NCBI GenBank assembly: GCA_964035545.1
Contig: OZ037767.1
Location: 18,506,259 to 18,570,258 of the forward strand
From: Bugula neritina
Taxonomy: Eukaryota > Animalia > Bryozoa
Length of the DNA: 64,000 nt
Direction: 5' to 3'
In this document: piece by piece, positions 1 to 11,778 of the stretch
Layout of the letters: each line of letters starts with the position of its first letter
Numbering within the stretch: position 1 is the stretch's first letter
The notes under the pieces: model-generated
Seen by the model: only the letters and a program-made list of their open reading frames with translations
What the model was told of the DNA's origin: nothing
Database searches by the model: none
Position numbers and translations under genes: made by a program

Positions 1-107
1 TTATATTATAGAATTCGGACACTTCAAATTCACTTCAGCACTGCTTTGTACTGTCCTCACTCTAGTATGTCATCATATTTTTATTTATCTGGTTTCTAGA
101 GTTTGAA

Positions 108-3100
108 ATGACCAATACTGCTGCTTCAGCTAGCAAAGTTGCTCGCTGCACTCTTTGTAAGGAGATTTTTACGCAGCGGCAAACTGTCCGGCCTTCTAAA
201 AAATGTAGCCGCTGTGGTAAGTGCCCAGGCAGTTTAGAATGTATCACAATATTTGTCAACTCACAACTCTTACTATATTTTTACCATAGCTTCTGTAAAA
301 TCTTAACTAAAGTAACAGATAACTCTATAAAATACAGAAAACTAAAGCAGTTTATAGTTGTATAATAATTATTTGAAGTTATTTTCTAATACCCTCACAA
401 TTGTTAGCAGTACTGAAGTAGTACCTAAAACTGAATGCAGGATGTTACAATAACTAAATAGGAAATGGTTGCAGAGCTGTAGTTACTTCCTGTAGGCTAT
501 GCTGTTTACTACTGCATTGTTGTTGATGTTTTAGTGATGAAAAGAAGATGTCCACACTGTCAGCATGTTATGGCGATAAATGCTGCCAATTGTCCTGGCT
601 GTGGTGAGTCAGTAGGACTAACATTTATATTGCTGATTCCAAGTCTCTTGGGGTATAACTGTTCCTGTGAATATGGCTGTTTGTGTTTGCTGGTGCTATT
701 CTAGTGTTTGGTTTGATGTTGTTTTTTGAAGTATCTGTAATATTCCATTATATTTGATAAAATGATATTTTTTACTATAAAAAATCTATGCAGTTAGATT
801 TTTCAACTCCTAAGCAACATTTACGTGTGCACAGGTCAGTCTATGAAGTCATTGACAATAAACAGCAAACTGAAAACATTAAAGAGACAGTTTGAATGTG
901 GAGAGCAACATAAGAGAGGTAATGGCTACACGAAACAGAGGATGTGTAACATGGTAAGCTCGTTCAGATCATAAGTTTGTTGGCAAGTGAGGTATTTAAA
1001 TCTTATCCTCACTTATTCTCATCTCTTTCTGCTTTTATTTTTTGGTATTCTTTAGTCTTTTAAAATATTCCTTCCATCTGTCTTTGATGCCCTTATGTTC
1101 ACTTATGATCTTGTCTTAATTGCTCATATTTGTTGAACACTATCCTGTCTGTCCTGTAATCTCCTCTGCCTTGCCCTTGCTAACCTGTATCTTTCCATCT
1201 GGACATTTTCTTCTAAATCTTTATACAAGTCTTCATAACCTGTCTCCTTTGCTATTGTACATTTCTCTTTGCTCACTTTATTCAGTCTTTTCAATGCCAA
1301 CTGATCTTCTCCCATCTTAGACTTCCTCGTTCCACCACCAGAATTTTTTCTCTTTGTACTTCTCTCTCTCTACTGACCCCAAGTGACTCCTTCGCTGCTT
1401 CAATTATTCTCAGGTATGCTCCATTCTATACGTCAAATTTCTCACTTCACTTCTCTGTAACTTTGTAAGCCAGCCCATCTCCCTCCTTCTCTTTGATTTT
1501 TTACCAGTTGATTTTCATTAGTCTTGCTCACTATCTTTCCTTTCTGTGATCTTGCAATCCGTTACCAAAAGCTTGTGTTGTAGTGCCATAGGCTCATCTG
1601 AGATAACTTTACAATCTCTCACTTTACCAACATGTAATCAATCACTCTCTGGTTTAAGCCGCTCTTGTATGTATAGATCTTCTCTTCACTTTGGCAAAGA
1701 AAGTATTAGCAAGCGCCAAATCTCTACTTCTTACATAATTCAGTATCTTCTCTCTATCATCATTCCTCCTGCCCGCTAACTTTTTTCCATGCCATCTCTC
1801 AAAGCCCTCCAGTCTATCTGTTCCGGCATGTTCATTCAAATCACCTGCTAATATCAGCTGTTCTGAGGCCGGGATGCGTGTAGTGATTCCTTATAGTTGG
1901 TTTTCTTTCTCTTCATATCCTTATCAAGGCGCTTATACCGTCACTATGTTGTATGTCTCTTTAGGTGTTACTTATTTCATTTTAATGATTTCTCAGATGC
2001 TCTCTCAGTCGCTATTACTCTACCTCGCTACTCCCAACTAAGGCATATCGCAACTCTATGTCTTGGTCTTCTACCTCCAATACAGTATAGTGTATAACCA
2101 CCTCTGATATTCAAATCCTATACAGCCAAGCAAATAATAGTTCTGCCATCTTAATAACTAGATTTTGAACTTGGTCAAACTTTTCAGTTCATGATGGCTA
2201 ATAATTGTTTTGCCAATCAGCAAATGAAAAAACTGTAGTTATTTTGTAATTTCATTAATACAATCTAATTGTACTAGACAACAATTGGTTTAATAACTTG
2301 TTAATTTCTCTTTCTCTCGCCAATTTATTGCTGCCAGAGCTATTCTAACACTATAAACTGATAATTTATAAAATTAGAGTATCATTGCAATAGATATATT
2401 CGGGGATGTCATTATATTGCAGTCAGCATTTGCTCATGGAGCTGGTTTTGGAGTGATAACTTTTATGCTGAAGCCGAATTCACAAGATCAACTGACAGTA
2501 ATCAGCAGTGGAGTGTCCAGTGAACATACAAAGGAGTCTATTGAAGCAATGAAAGACCTGCTATTAGGTTCAAGTAAGATTCTACAGCAACACACAAAAT
2601 CATCAACATCAGTCCATAACTACAGCTTCGTGATTGTTGAATGAAAGTAGTAAACAGGTTTCTGTAATATCAGAGTTATGTCCTCTTTACTGCCACAGAT
2701 TATAGTGTAGAGAATTCCTAAGACATTTATTTTCAGCAGCAAAGCAAGCTGTGATGTTATTAGTGTATTCAATCTCTGAGAAAATTTTAAATCATTCTGA
2801 TTTCTGTAAAAGTAATATTTGGAGCTCCTGTTAGTATATTTAAGTGCTATAAGCTGCTTTTCACTAGTATGTTACTTGGTAATACTAACTCTAGTGCCAA
2901 TCTTCCACCACAAAGTCACTGAAGACATACTGGGTTGTAGGGCAGGTCACTCATACATGAACAGATGCTCTACCAAAGAGCATGCAGCTAACATATGATA
3001 GCTTTCTAATGGTTTTGTATTGATGTTAATTGGCTGCCTTTATTTTTATTTATTTTAGTGAATCAAATTTACAATTTGAATGAAAAGACTTCTATGAAAA

Positions 3101-4173
3101 ATTATAAGAAAAAAAGTGACGTCACTCGAACTGCAGCTGCTACTAATACTGAGACATCTACTAAGAGTACTGCTACTCCTACTATCACTGCTACTTCTAT
3201 CACTGCTATTTCTACTTTTACTCCTACTGTCACCAATACTCCTACTATTACTGCTACTCCTACTATCACTGCTACTTCTATCACTTCTACTTCTACTCCT
3301 ACTGTCACCACTACTCCTACTATCACCACTACTCCTACTATCACTGCTACTCCTATTATCACTGCTACTCCTTCTCTCACTGCTACTCCTACTGTCACTA
3401 CTATGACAGCTACTACTACTACTCCTTCTATAGAAAGGAGAACTTCTACAAATACATGTTCAGCTCCTTTGATTAGACCACCCACAGAGAAGTGTTTAGT
3501 TACACAGAGATCTTCTACAGCCTCAGCCACAACTTCAACTAACAGACATGTTGTTCACTCTACACGCTCCACTCACATCTACGCTGCTATTACCACAACA
3601 CTGACTAACACTTCAGCCACTGCTTCTTATACTTCAGCCACATCACAGCTCCCAGTTTCAAGAAATAATCTATTAGCAACAAAAGGTAAGATTTAAATAA
3701 ATAGAATTCTTGGGAAAGAGTTTTCTTTGATATTTTCTGGTAATTTTAGAAAAGTTAAGAATGATAACTGAAACAGTTCAACAGTGTTGTGAGTGACAGC
3801 TAAGCATTGTACTACTGTTTGATTGTAAAAACAAGTCAGGATATTTCTACAACTTTTTTGGATATGATTAAGCCATTGTCATAGTTACCACTTTATATTA
3901 TGTTGCTTTGACTTCAGGTAACAAAAGAAAGCTGTGGGCTATAGAAAAGATTAATAGAATCAGAGGAGCTATGGCACTTGTGAAATGGAAAGGTTACAAG
4001 TAAGTTGTGTAGACAACTCTACAGCTATTTTCTGTCCACTGTGTGTGCTGCAGGTGCTTCGGTTGCAAGGATATGGTTGTGTTTTCAGGATTCCAACGTG
4101 GGAACCAGTGAGAAATGTGAAGCACACAGTTTTCTACCAGCAGCTGATGGTAAGAGCACAGCACAGCTGTTGA
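108..4173 (+). CDS. 7-exon gene, ~413 aa: N-terminal CxxC zinc-ribbon motifs, Thr/Pro-rich repeat linker, C-terminal chromodomain
   Basis: Exons 108-216, 535-603, 835-953, 2423-2573, 3059-3685, 3918-3999, 4089-4173 have GT-AG sites with compatible phases (1242 nt). Four CxxC pairs (CTLC, CSRC, CPHC, CPGC); C-terminus LWAIEKINRIRGAMALVKWKGYKIPTWEPVRNV fits the chromodomain pattern. Confidence 0.75.
1050..1930 (-). mobile_element. Degraded RTE-clade non-LTR retrotransposon fragment (AP endonuclease and linker region) in an intron
   Basis: Minus-strand peptides resemble RTE ORF segments: MNEHAG..GFERWHG..GRRNDDREKILNY..DLALANTFFAK and AKETGYEDLYKDLEEN..RYRLARARQRR; broken by frameshifts and stops. 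Boundaries approximate. Confidence 0.75.
3140..3426 (+). repeat. Coding ~18-bp tandem repeat (ACTCCTACTATCACTGCT-like) encoding TPTITA units
   Basis: Directly visible; lies in exon 5 of the chromodomain gene. Confidence 0.85.
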
Positions 4174-4261
4174 TGTTATTCATTGTTATTTAGTAAATGT
4201 TATGAAATGTAGTTGAGTTGAACCCAAATTTAGTTTTATAACTGCATAAAATATATTCAAT

Positions 4262-4477
4262 GAGGGAGCTGTCTAGGGGGTAGAGCGTTTGCCTAGTAAA
4301 CACGAGGTCATGGGTTCGAACCCTGACAAAGGCCATTGGTGATGTTAAGAAGAGCATCCAGTCATAATTGCTCCTGTATCTCATTTAAATAAGTCCTTAG
4401 CCCTCTTTAATAAAAACCATTTCCATCGGGGGTTTCTCACAGGGATAGCGACTATAAACTTGCATAAGTTGTATAAG
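4262..4477 (+). mobile_element. tRNA-derived SINE, copy 1 (tRNA-Thr(AGT)-like head)
   Basis: A-box-like and B-box (GGTTCGAACCC) motifs, CTAGTAA loop, body shared with copy at 8673-8926, flanked by direct repeat ATATATTCAAT (4251-4261 and 4478-4488). Confidence 0.85.
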
Positions 4478-4677
4478 ATATATTCAATATAGATAAATAG
4501 ACATATTTTCTATTTATGTTATTTGTTCATCTTTTATAAATTATAATAAAGCAAAAGGTAAACTCTACTTTTTATGTGATAAAAGCAAACCAATCAAATG
4601 TCATATTTTATTGTGTTTTAGAAAGAAGATAGAAGTTTTGAAACGCCATCAACAACATAGCAAGCTTTAATTGTGTG

Positions 4678-4842
4678 TTAGATATTGTATATATACTATA
4701 TTGTATATAGTATATATACTATATTAGATATTGTATATATACTATATTAGATATTGCATATATACTATATTAGATATTGTGTATATACTATATTGGATAT
4801 TGTATATATAATATATTAGATTTTGTGTATACTATATTGAAT
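4678..4842. repeat. ~25-bp AT-rich minisatellite (TATTAGATATTGTATATATACTATA)
   Basis: Visible tandem units. Confidence 0.85.
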
Positions 4843-6309
4843 ATTTTTTAGTATTTAAAATAAAATTTAAATGTTGACACCTTATAGTGTTTTGATTGTA
4901 CTAGAGTAAATAAGTGCATAATACGTCAGCACAAAGTGTAGTGATTGTACACATTGTATGATAGTTATATTTAGCATTGGCAGTTCTAACAAGGCTTATT
5001 TAGATTGTGCATGATAGCTCAGTCAACTGTATATAATAAGATGTAGGCTAACTTTTGAACTGGGTACTAAATATAGCACAACATAGTAGGTAGCATAAGT
5101 ATGTAATCATAGGTATTTATTAGTTTTGATGCAAACAAGTGCCTCACTTGAACATGTGCTGTTTTACCTGCAGTAAACTGCTATTTCTTAATGAACATAA
5201 TAATATTTTGAAATTCTTTTGCACTTTAAATATAACAAGAGAAATTTTTCTAATCAGCTTCCCACAGACGAGGTATTGACCTGTAGGTAGGAGCCAGGTT
5301 ACTCGGACACTGCTGTCTAGTTACTAAATATTCCTTAAGCTGATAACTGTACACTAGCTGTTACAAGTTATACCATCTGAAGGTACAAATTGAATTAGTA
5401 GTGAGTGCCTAGACTTTAGATAAAGTAAATAAAAAGGCTCTCTGCCATGACTTCTATTGTCCAGTATTTCAGTTGAAATACAATATGGCGCCCTAATTTC
5501 TTAGCAAACTGCAGTCTATGCCGGTTGGAAAAATAATTGTGCTAAATATGTGTAACTGAAAAATGGTTTTGCTTATTGTCCACAACACATATTTCCATAT
5601 ATGAATCTATAATCTAAAAGTATAAAAACTGGTTTTATTTACATATATAATAACAGTTAATGTGCTTTAAAAAATTTTACATTAATATGGAAACAAAAAG
5701 TAACATACCTAATGCTATCATGCAATTATTTAGGCAGTACAGTGTAAGTTATGTAAATCTTCATAACTATAAGAGAAATAAACACAGCTAACTATCTTCC
5801 TTCACCACTTCAACTTCACTGACTCATATCATAACATTGATAGCAATAAACAGTCAAAAGCCTTCTGTTGCAGTTGTCTGCACCATTTTTTCAACACATG
5901 ATGCGCATTCACATATCACTACAGATTTCTTTTATAGTGGTGTCTATTAAGTTTTATAATATCTGGATTGTTAATCTATTGATACTTTAACAAAAGTTGT
6001 GCACACAAAAACCTGCTAGGATGTATGTACAGTACAAGTCTTTAGGCTGCCAACTGTTTCAATTTTGAAAAAAGTAATTTCAGATGTCATAGCAAAAGCT
6101 TCCAAAGTTGAAACTGATACTTATGAATGAAGAATGGCTAACTAAACCTAGGCACCCACCCAGCATTTATTATTAGTGTCATTGCAGTTATACAATCAGA
6201 TTTGATATATGGGGTGTAGCTTAGTTGTGTGACACGAATAGACTGGCATATACTCAACTATTGTGATGTGTACACGAATACTAGTAAGTTAGAATCAGGC
6301 GCAAAAGCA

Positions 6310-6615
6310 AGACAGTAATAAGGGTATGAGAGAGAATAATAAGCATAAGAGAATGAATAATGTCTATAACAGAGCAAATAATAGGGGTATGAGAGTGCAT
6401 AATGGAGGTATGGGACTGAATAGTGAGCATAAAAGGAAGAAAAATCAGGGTATGGAAATGAATAATAACAGTGTGAGACCAAATAATAGACTTAAGAGCA
6501 CAAATAATAAGGGTATGAGAGCAAATTATAAATCAATGAGAGCGTTTTGTGAGCATATGAGAGAGAATAATGGTTAGATACTTTATTATAAGCATATGAG
6601 ATGTAATAATAAGCA
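6310..6615. repeat. Degenerate ~21-bp tandem repeat (AATAATAAGGGTATGAGAGC-like)
   Basis: Recurring AATAATAAG..TATGAG motif; explains the spurious N/Y-rich ORFs. Confidence 0.65.
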
Positions 6616-8672
6616 ATTTTTGACCATTTGGCACTCCATACCATACTGCCTATGAGCTTAGCGTGAAAACATGAAAACTTCAACAGACTAAGAAAAACAT
6701 GCCACACATGTTGTAAGATTTCTTGTAATTGAGATTAGCATAAAAGAATGATTGTATTATTATCTCCTAGTTAACAATTAATGCTGTGATTAGCTGCAGT
6801 TTGAGCATTATATTATCGTTTCCTATTATATACTGGTTATGTTATTTATTTTAAGTTTAAATGAAGAAATTTTTACTAATTGTAATATTATTTCACAAAA
6901 TCATTACTTGGCACCGTCTGTCAGTTTACTACTCTGTATGAAAATAAAGATTGGAATATGTTTGAACTTGTACTACTTAATAATAAAACTGATGAACTCA
7001 CATCTAAAAATGATCAGTTTGGGAGGCTTTAATTACTATAAATAATAATATGATTCTTTGAAAATGTGTTACCAAGTTTTATTATTGAACTAATACTATG
7101 TGTAAATTTAGAATGCTTGGAACAAATTTCAGTAATAAGCCACTTAAAACTTTTTGTGATGTAATATTTTTAAAATTGCCAATCGACTGTTTTTACTCTC
7201 TGTTTCTCATAAGCATGTTATCTGCTACATAAGATTTTCAACAACAAAAAGAAACAAAACAATTTCAAATTCACAATTAACAATAGAGTTATAAATGAAA
7301 GCCAAAGAAGTTCTAAGAATATAAATATTATGTGCTAAAGAGCATTACCTTTTGCTGGTGTTTAGCCTTTTTACTAAAAAATGGCAATTTCAACAGCTAT
7401 CAAGTCATAAAAGATATTACTTATACATAAAATTGATGTAAACCTATATAGTTGAATAATTCTAATAACTCTATATAACACATTGCAGCATAAAACTGGT
7501 GAGAACTCTGAAAGATAGCATTTTATTAACAGTACTTTAATTCGAGTTCATGTCTCTTCCAGAGTTGTTTTCTCATGTGATGTTCCCTGTACCCAAGCAT
7601 TTGTGTTATAAACTAACCGTAGCTATTTTAGCTAGTTACAATTTTGGTGTTGTGTACTTCAACCAATTGATTTCATGACAAGTTTTATGCAACACATACT
7701 TTTAGACATGTGAGTAATTTCAGTTAGCAAGCTGATGCATGATGCTGCAGATCGTACTTGGCAAAGAAAACATTTAAAAAACAAATAATAATTAATTCTA
7801 ATTATTGTCTCAATTCCTGAACTAATCACTATAAAATTGTCAGACAATAAAATCAGCAGCTGAGAGTCTATATATGGAGTATGTTTCCAAGAATATATAA
7901 AGAACATATTATACTTACAACTTAATTGAAGTTGAAAATAAGTAACCCATTGTGAAAAATCTAAACTGAAGTTTTAGTCACAACCCAACGCCATATATAG
8001 CAGCAAGTGCTAATTTTATACATAGCTTTTTTATAAATAATATTATATATTATAACTATTTTTTTTATTTTAGCTAGCCTGTACTTTTCCTACTTATCAG
8101 TATGACATGCAATTTCAGGACAAATTGCTATTGGGCAATACTTACTTACATTGCTTATAAATACTATCATATAATATTAAATCATACTGTTGTATCAGGA
8201 TTGTCCATTTAGTTGCTGTTGCCTGTATATGGGAGTGCACAACTCTGTGATATTTGCATCAACGCATCAACATAATATAGATATAGCGTTGGTGTGGCTT
8301 GCACAGGTGTGAAAGATATAAAATAGATTGTGTATGAGGGGAATGGAGTGATTGAAGAGTGATTGAGCAACTAGAATTGAAGATTGCAGACAAAAATATT
8401 TCATGTCTATGAACACAATAGAATGTGTTAGGATGTGTTGGTAAAGTCTAGCCCAGGATCCTAGACTGCAGAGCATCACCAGACGAACACCCTAACCCAG
8501 AGCCCTAACTCTACCCCCTACAAATTGAGAGGAGCTGGATCAAGTATATATTATTTGGTGAGTTTGCAATAACTCTAAACTGCAAAAACCCACCAAAAAA
8601 ATACCTAAGCTTATCTTTTCATTTATAAAAACAACAGTGTTGTTTTATTGTTACACAATATACAGAGTATAG

Positions 8673-8926
8673 GGAGCAGCCGTGGTCTAGGGGTTAAGGC
8701 ATTTATCTAGTGAACAGAAGCAGATGCTGCAGACTTCCAGGTCAACACGAGGTCATGGGTTTTAGCTGGACAAAGGCCATTGGTGATGTTAGGAAGAGCA
8801 TCCAGTCATAATTACTCCTGCATGTTGCCTCATTTAAATAAGTCCTTAGCCCACTTTAACAAAAACTCTTTCCATCCGAGGTTTCTCACAGGAATAGCGA
8901 CTATAAACTTGCGTGAGTTTTTTTAT
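8673..8926 (+). mobile_element. tRNA-derived SINE, copy 2 of the same family
   Basis: Similar to 4262-4477; 16-bp target-site duplication AATATACAGAGTATAG (8657-8672 and 8927-8942). Confidence 0.88.
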
Positions 8927-9626
8927 AATATACAGAGTATAGAAATATGTAACACTTGTTAGAAATATGTTAATTTAAAAAGTTATTGTGCCTATATAAT
9001 AAACTAATTAACTATAAACTGAGAGTAAAATTTGTTTCATGCAGTCACTGCACTTTAATTTTCCCAACATATAATTAGATTGTGATATTTCAGTTGCACC
9101 TTACAGTGTTTTAGATATTATTTAAAAAGTCTGTTCTGATTTTCACATATTATTGCTAAAAATGAATTTCAAAAATCTTTTGTTAAGCACTTTAGATTGC
9201 CAAAAATTCTTACCCTGCATTTAGTTATACTCTCAATGTATTATTATTCACAGTATTGTTTTAGTTATTCTACCAAGTAACTGGGTAATGTGTTAGATAA
9301 TCCTAAGACACTATGTATGTATATGGTTGAAAAGTCAATGCAAAACCAATAACTACTGTGATAAAAGTTACCTTAAAGAAAATCTATATCAACAAACTGA
9401 TACTTTTAGTTTAATTTCTACAATGTGTAAAAACTAACATAGAAAATACTTTGGACAAGTATTTAACAACAACACATATAGGCGAGAATCAAGTGATGTG
9501 ACAATCTATTTGAGTGGAACGTTACGCTAAACGCAACACTGAATGCCTAATAAACTGCTAGATACTCATTACCTTATATATGCTGCTTTTACAACTTGAA
9601 TTAATTATGCTATGTAATAACTTTAC

Positions 9627-9655
9627 ATATGTATATATATGTATATATATGTATA

Positions 9656-9731
<76 letters not shown>
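9627..9731. repeat. (TA)n microsatellite
   Basis: Directly visible; further (TA)n tracts at 9918-9960 and 11739-11775. Confidence 0.95.
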
Positions 9732-9734
<3 letters not shown>

Positions 9735-9865
9735 CAATGCTCGTGACTCCTAGGTGACCCCTAGAGTCACTTGAGCACTCTGGCTTGAGTTTACACACCT
9801 TTTAAATATGCTTTAGTAAAACTATAAGTTTTACTATTGCGAAGGTGTGGGCCATGGTACTCTGT

Positions 9866-9912
9866 TCTGTGCTGATGAGGGGACAAATCCCGAAACAGCT
9901 GCTGTCCACAGA
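9866..9912 (+). ncRNA. Type I hammerhead ribozyme motif
   Basis: TCTGTG (stem I) CTGATGA G GGGA-CAAA-TCCC (stem II) GAAA CAGC-T-GCTG TC, cleavage site, CACAGA (stem I'). All core nucleotides present. Confidence 0.85.
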
Positions 9913-9914
9913 TT

Positions 9915-9965
<51 letters not shown>

Positions 9966-10009
9966 GTATACGAGAAACATTGTTATTTATTACTTTATTA
10001 GGTAAAGTA

Positions 10010-10058
10010 ATTACACTGATATTTCGGGTACCACTGTACCCATCTTCAGAGTAGCAAT
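10010..10058 (-). ncRNA. Minimal type I hammerhead ribozyme in the 3' repeat of the Penelope-like element (sense orientation)
   Basis: On the minus strand: ATTGCTACT CTGAAGA T GGGTAC-AGTG-GTACCC GAAA TA TC AGTGTAAT; stem III reduced to palindromic ATAT. Confidence 0.75.
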
Positions 10059-10315
10059 GAATGAAATTCAAAAATTATTATGTTACGTTAGACGTTATGC
10101 ATGACACAAAGAATAGAGAGTGGCAGTTATTGTAAATTATTGAAACTTAGGGAGATAATCTTATTTTATACATTACGCAGGTCAAAAATTATACTGATTT
10201 TTTTGCATAAAAAATAAATTAGAGTTGACAACAAAAATAGATATCCAAATATAAAAACAGCAAGAATTAGTGAAACTATGTGAGAGTTGAGTAGTGTGGA
10301 GCTATTGATATAGTT

Positions 10316-11603
10316 TTAGTGGTATGGAGTAATTTTGTTTATTGAATTAAATTGCGGTTTTATTTGTTTAATGTAGAGAGCTTCGGCTACTTTTCGATGG
10401 TGGATTCCTTTAAATGAATGATTTAAAACTGTTACATTGTCTATTGATATGTTTCCATGATTAGTGGTAGAGATGTGTTGATAAATTTTGGAATTGATGT
10501 CATGGCAGTGTTCATGTATCCTGTGTGATAGGCGACGTCCGGTTTCGCCTACATATGTTTGTTGACAGTTAGCTTCAGGGCAGGTTATTTTGTAGACTAG
10601 GTTGTGAATGTGTTCTTTATTGGTTTTATCTTTGAGATTAAAATGTGAACTTAAGGGGGTTCCTTTAAATAAAATCCGGGCATTGAGTTCATTTGAAAAA
10701 GAGTCTGTAATTAGTTTATTGAGGGAGCGGATTAGTTTTTCTCCTGTTACTCCTATAAGGCCGCTGGAGTAAAATGTGTTTCCTGTTGTCTTTTTCACTG
10801 AGTAGTCCGTCACCAATGTTGTTAATAGTTTTCTCTATTACATATTTAGGGTAACCATTTTTATGTTCAAAAACATTTCGAATATAGTTTAGTTCTTGGG
10901 TCTTAAGTGCTGGAGTAGAACAGATTTTATTAGCCCTTAATACTAGTGACTTGAGTGTGCTTAGCTTCCACGTTTTTAGTGAGAAAGAGTTCCAATGTAA
11001 ATATGTATCGTTATGTGTTGGTTTGCGGAATACTGTGGTTTCCACTGAGCTATTGTGTCGCAAAACTGTAACATCCAGAAAAGAAAGTGATTTATTGGTT
11101 TCTAGTTCGTGAGTAAATTTTATGTTAGGATGAAAATTATTAAGTGTGTTGAGTGTTGTGTTAATATAATCAGGGTCTGTTGTTGCAAATGTGTCATCTA
11201 TGTATCTCACCCAAGGTGACATTGAATTCAATTTTGGTATTACTTTCTGTTCTAGTTTTGTCATGAATATATTCGCAATTATGGGTCCTAGAGGAGATCC
11301 CATAGCAACACCATCCGTCTGTGTATAAATGATGCCGTTGAAAGTAAAGTGAACTTGTTTTGTACAAAGGTTGAGTAAGTTTATCATTTTCTTCTTTGGT
11401 ATAGTTGTTTGGATTCGTTGTTTCTCATAAATATCATTTATGATTGCTGAAATCGTGTAGTCAAGTGGTACAGAAGTAAAGAGGGAAACAACATCAAATG
11501 ATATCAGTTGATGGTTTGCTGGAATATGAAGTTGCCGTATATATGTAAGAAAACTATCAGTTGATTCGATATTACTTTCAGATTCACTAAGTGGTTTTAG
11601 CAT
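10316..11603 (-). pseudogene. Penelope-type reverse transcriptase (10716-11603) plus GIY-YIG endonuclease (10316-10816), split by one frameshift
   Basis: RT motifs SFDVVSLFT, GVAMGSPLGP, RYIDD, FLDV; endonuclease LVYKITC..C.QTYVGETGRRL..RIHEH..H and AEALYIK. N-terminus is missing. Confidence 0.92.
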
Positions 11604-11614
11604 TTTGGCCAGGT

Positions 11615-11663
11615 ATTGCTACTCTGAAGATGGGTACAGTGGTACCCGAAATATCAGTGTAAT
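11615..11663 (+). ncRNA. Minimal type I hammerhead ribozyme, inverted copy at the 5' end of the element
   Basis: Same sequence as 10010-10058 but on the plus strand. Confidence 0.75.
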
Positions 11664-11736
11664 TACTTTACCTAATAAAGTAATAAATAACAATGTTTCT
11701 CGTATACCTATTTATAATCAAATTGCTAGCTCGTAA

Positions 11737-11775
<39 letters not shown>

Positions 11776-11778
<3 letters not shown>

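Larger units (their letters stand above)
9960..11738 (-). mobile_element. Penelope-like retroelement, 5'-truncated, with ~99-bp inverted terminal repeat (9960-10058 and 11615-11713), flanked by (TA)n
   Basis: RT and GIY-YIG ORFs on the minus strand; the two ends are reverse complements of each other and each contains a hammerhead motif. Confidence 0.93.

Noticed and set aside
3102-3530. Val-rich minus-strand and Leu-rich plus-strand ORFs
   Set aside because: Alternative frames of the Thr-rich coding repeat.
4262-4335. Functional tRNA-Thr gene
   Set aside because: Anticodon and acceptor stems do not pair; it continues into a repeated body with TSDs, so it is a SINE.
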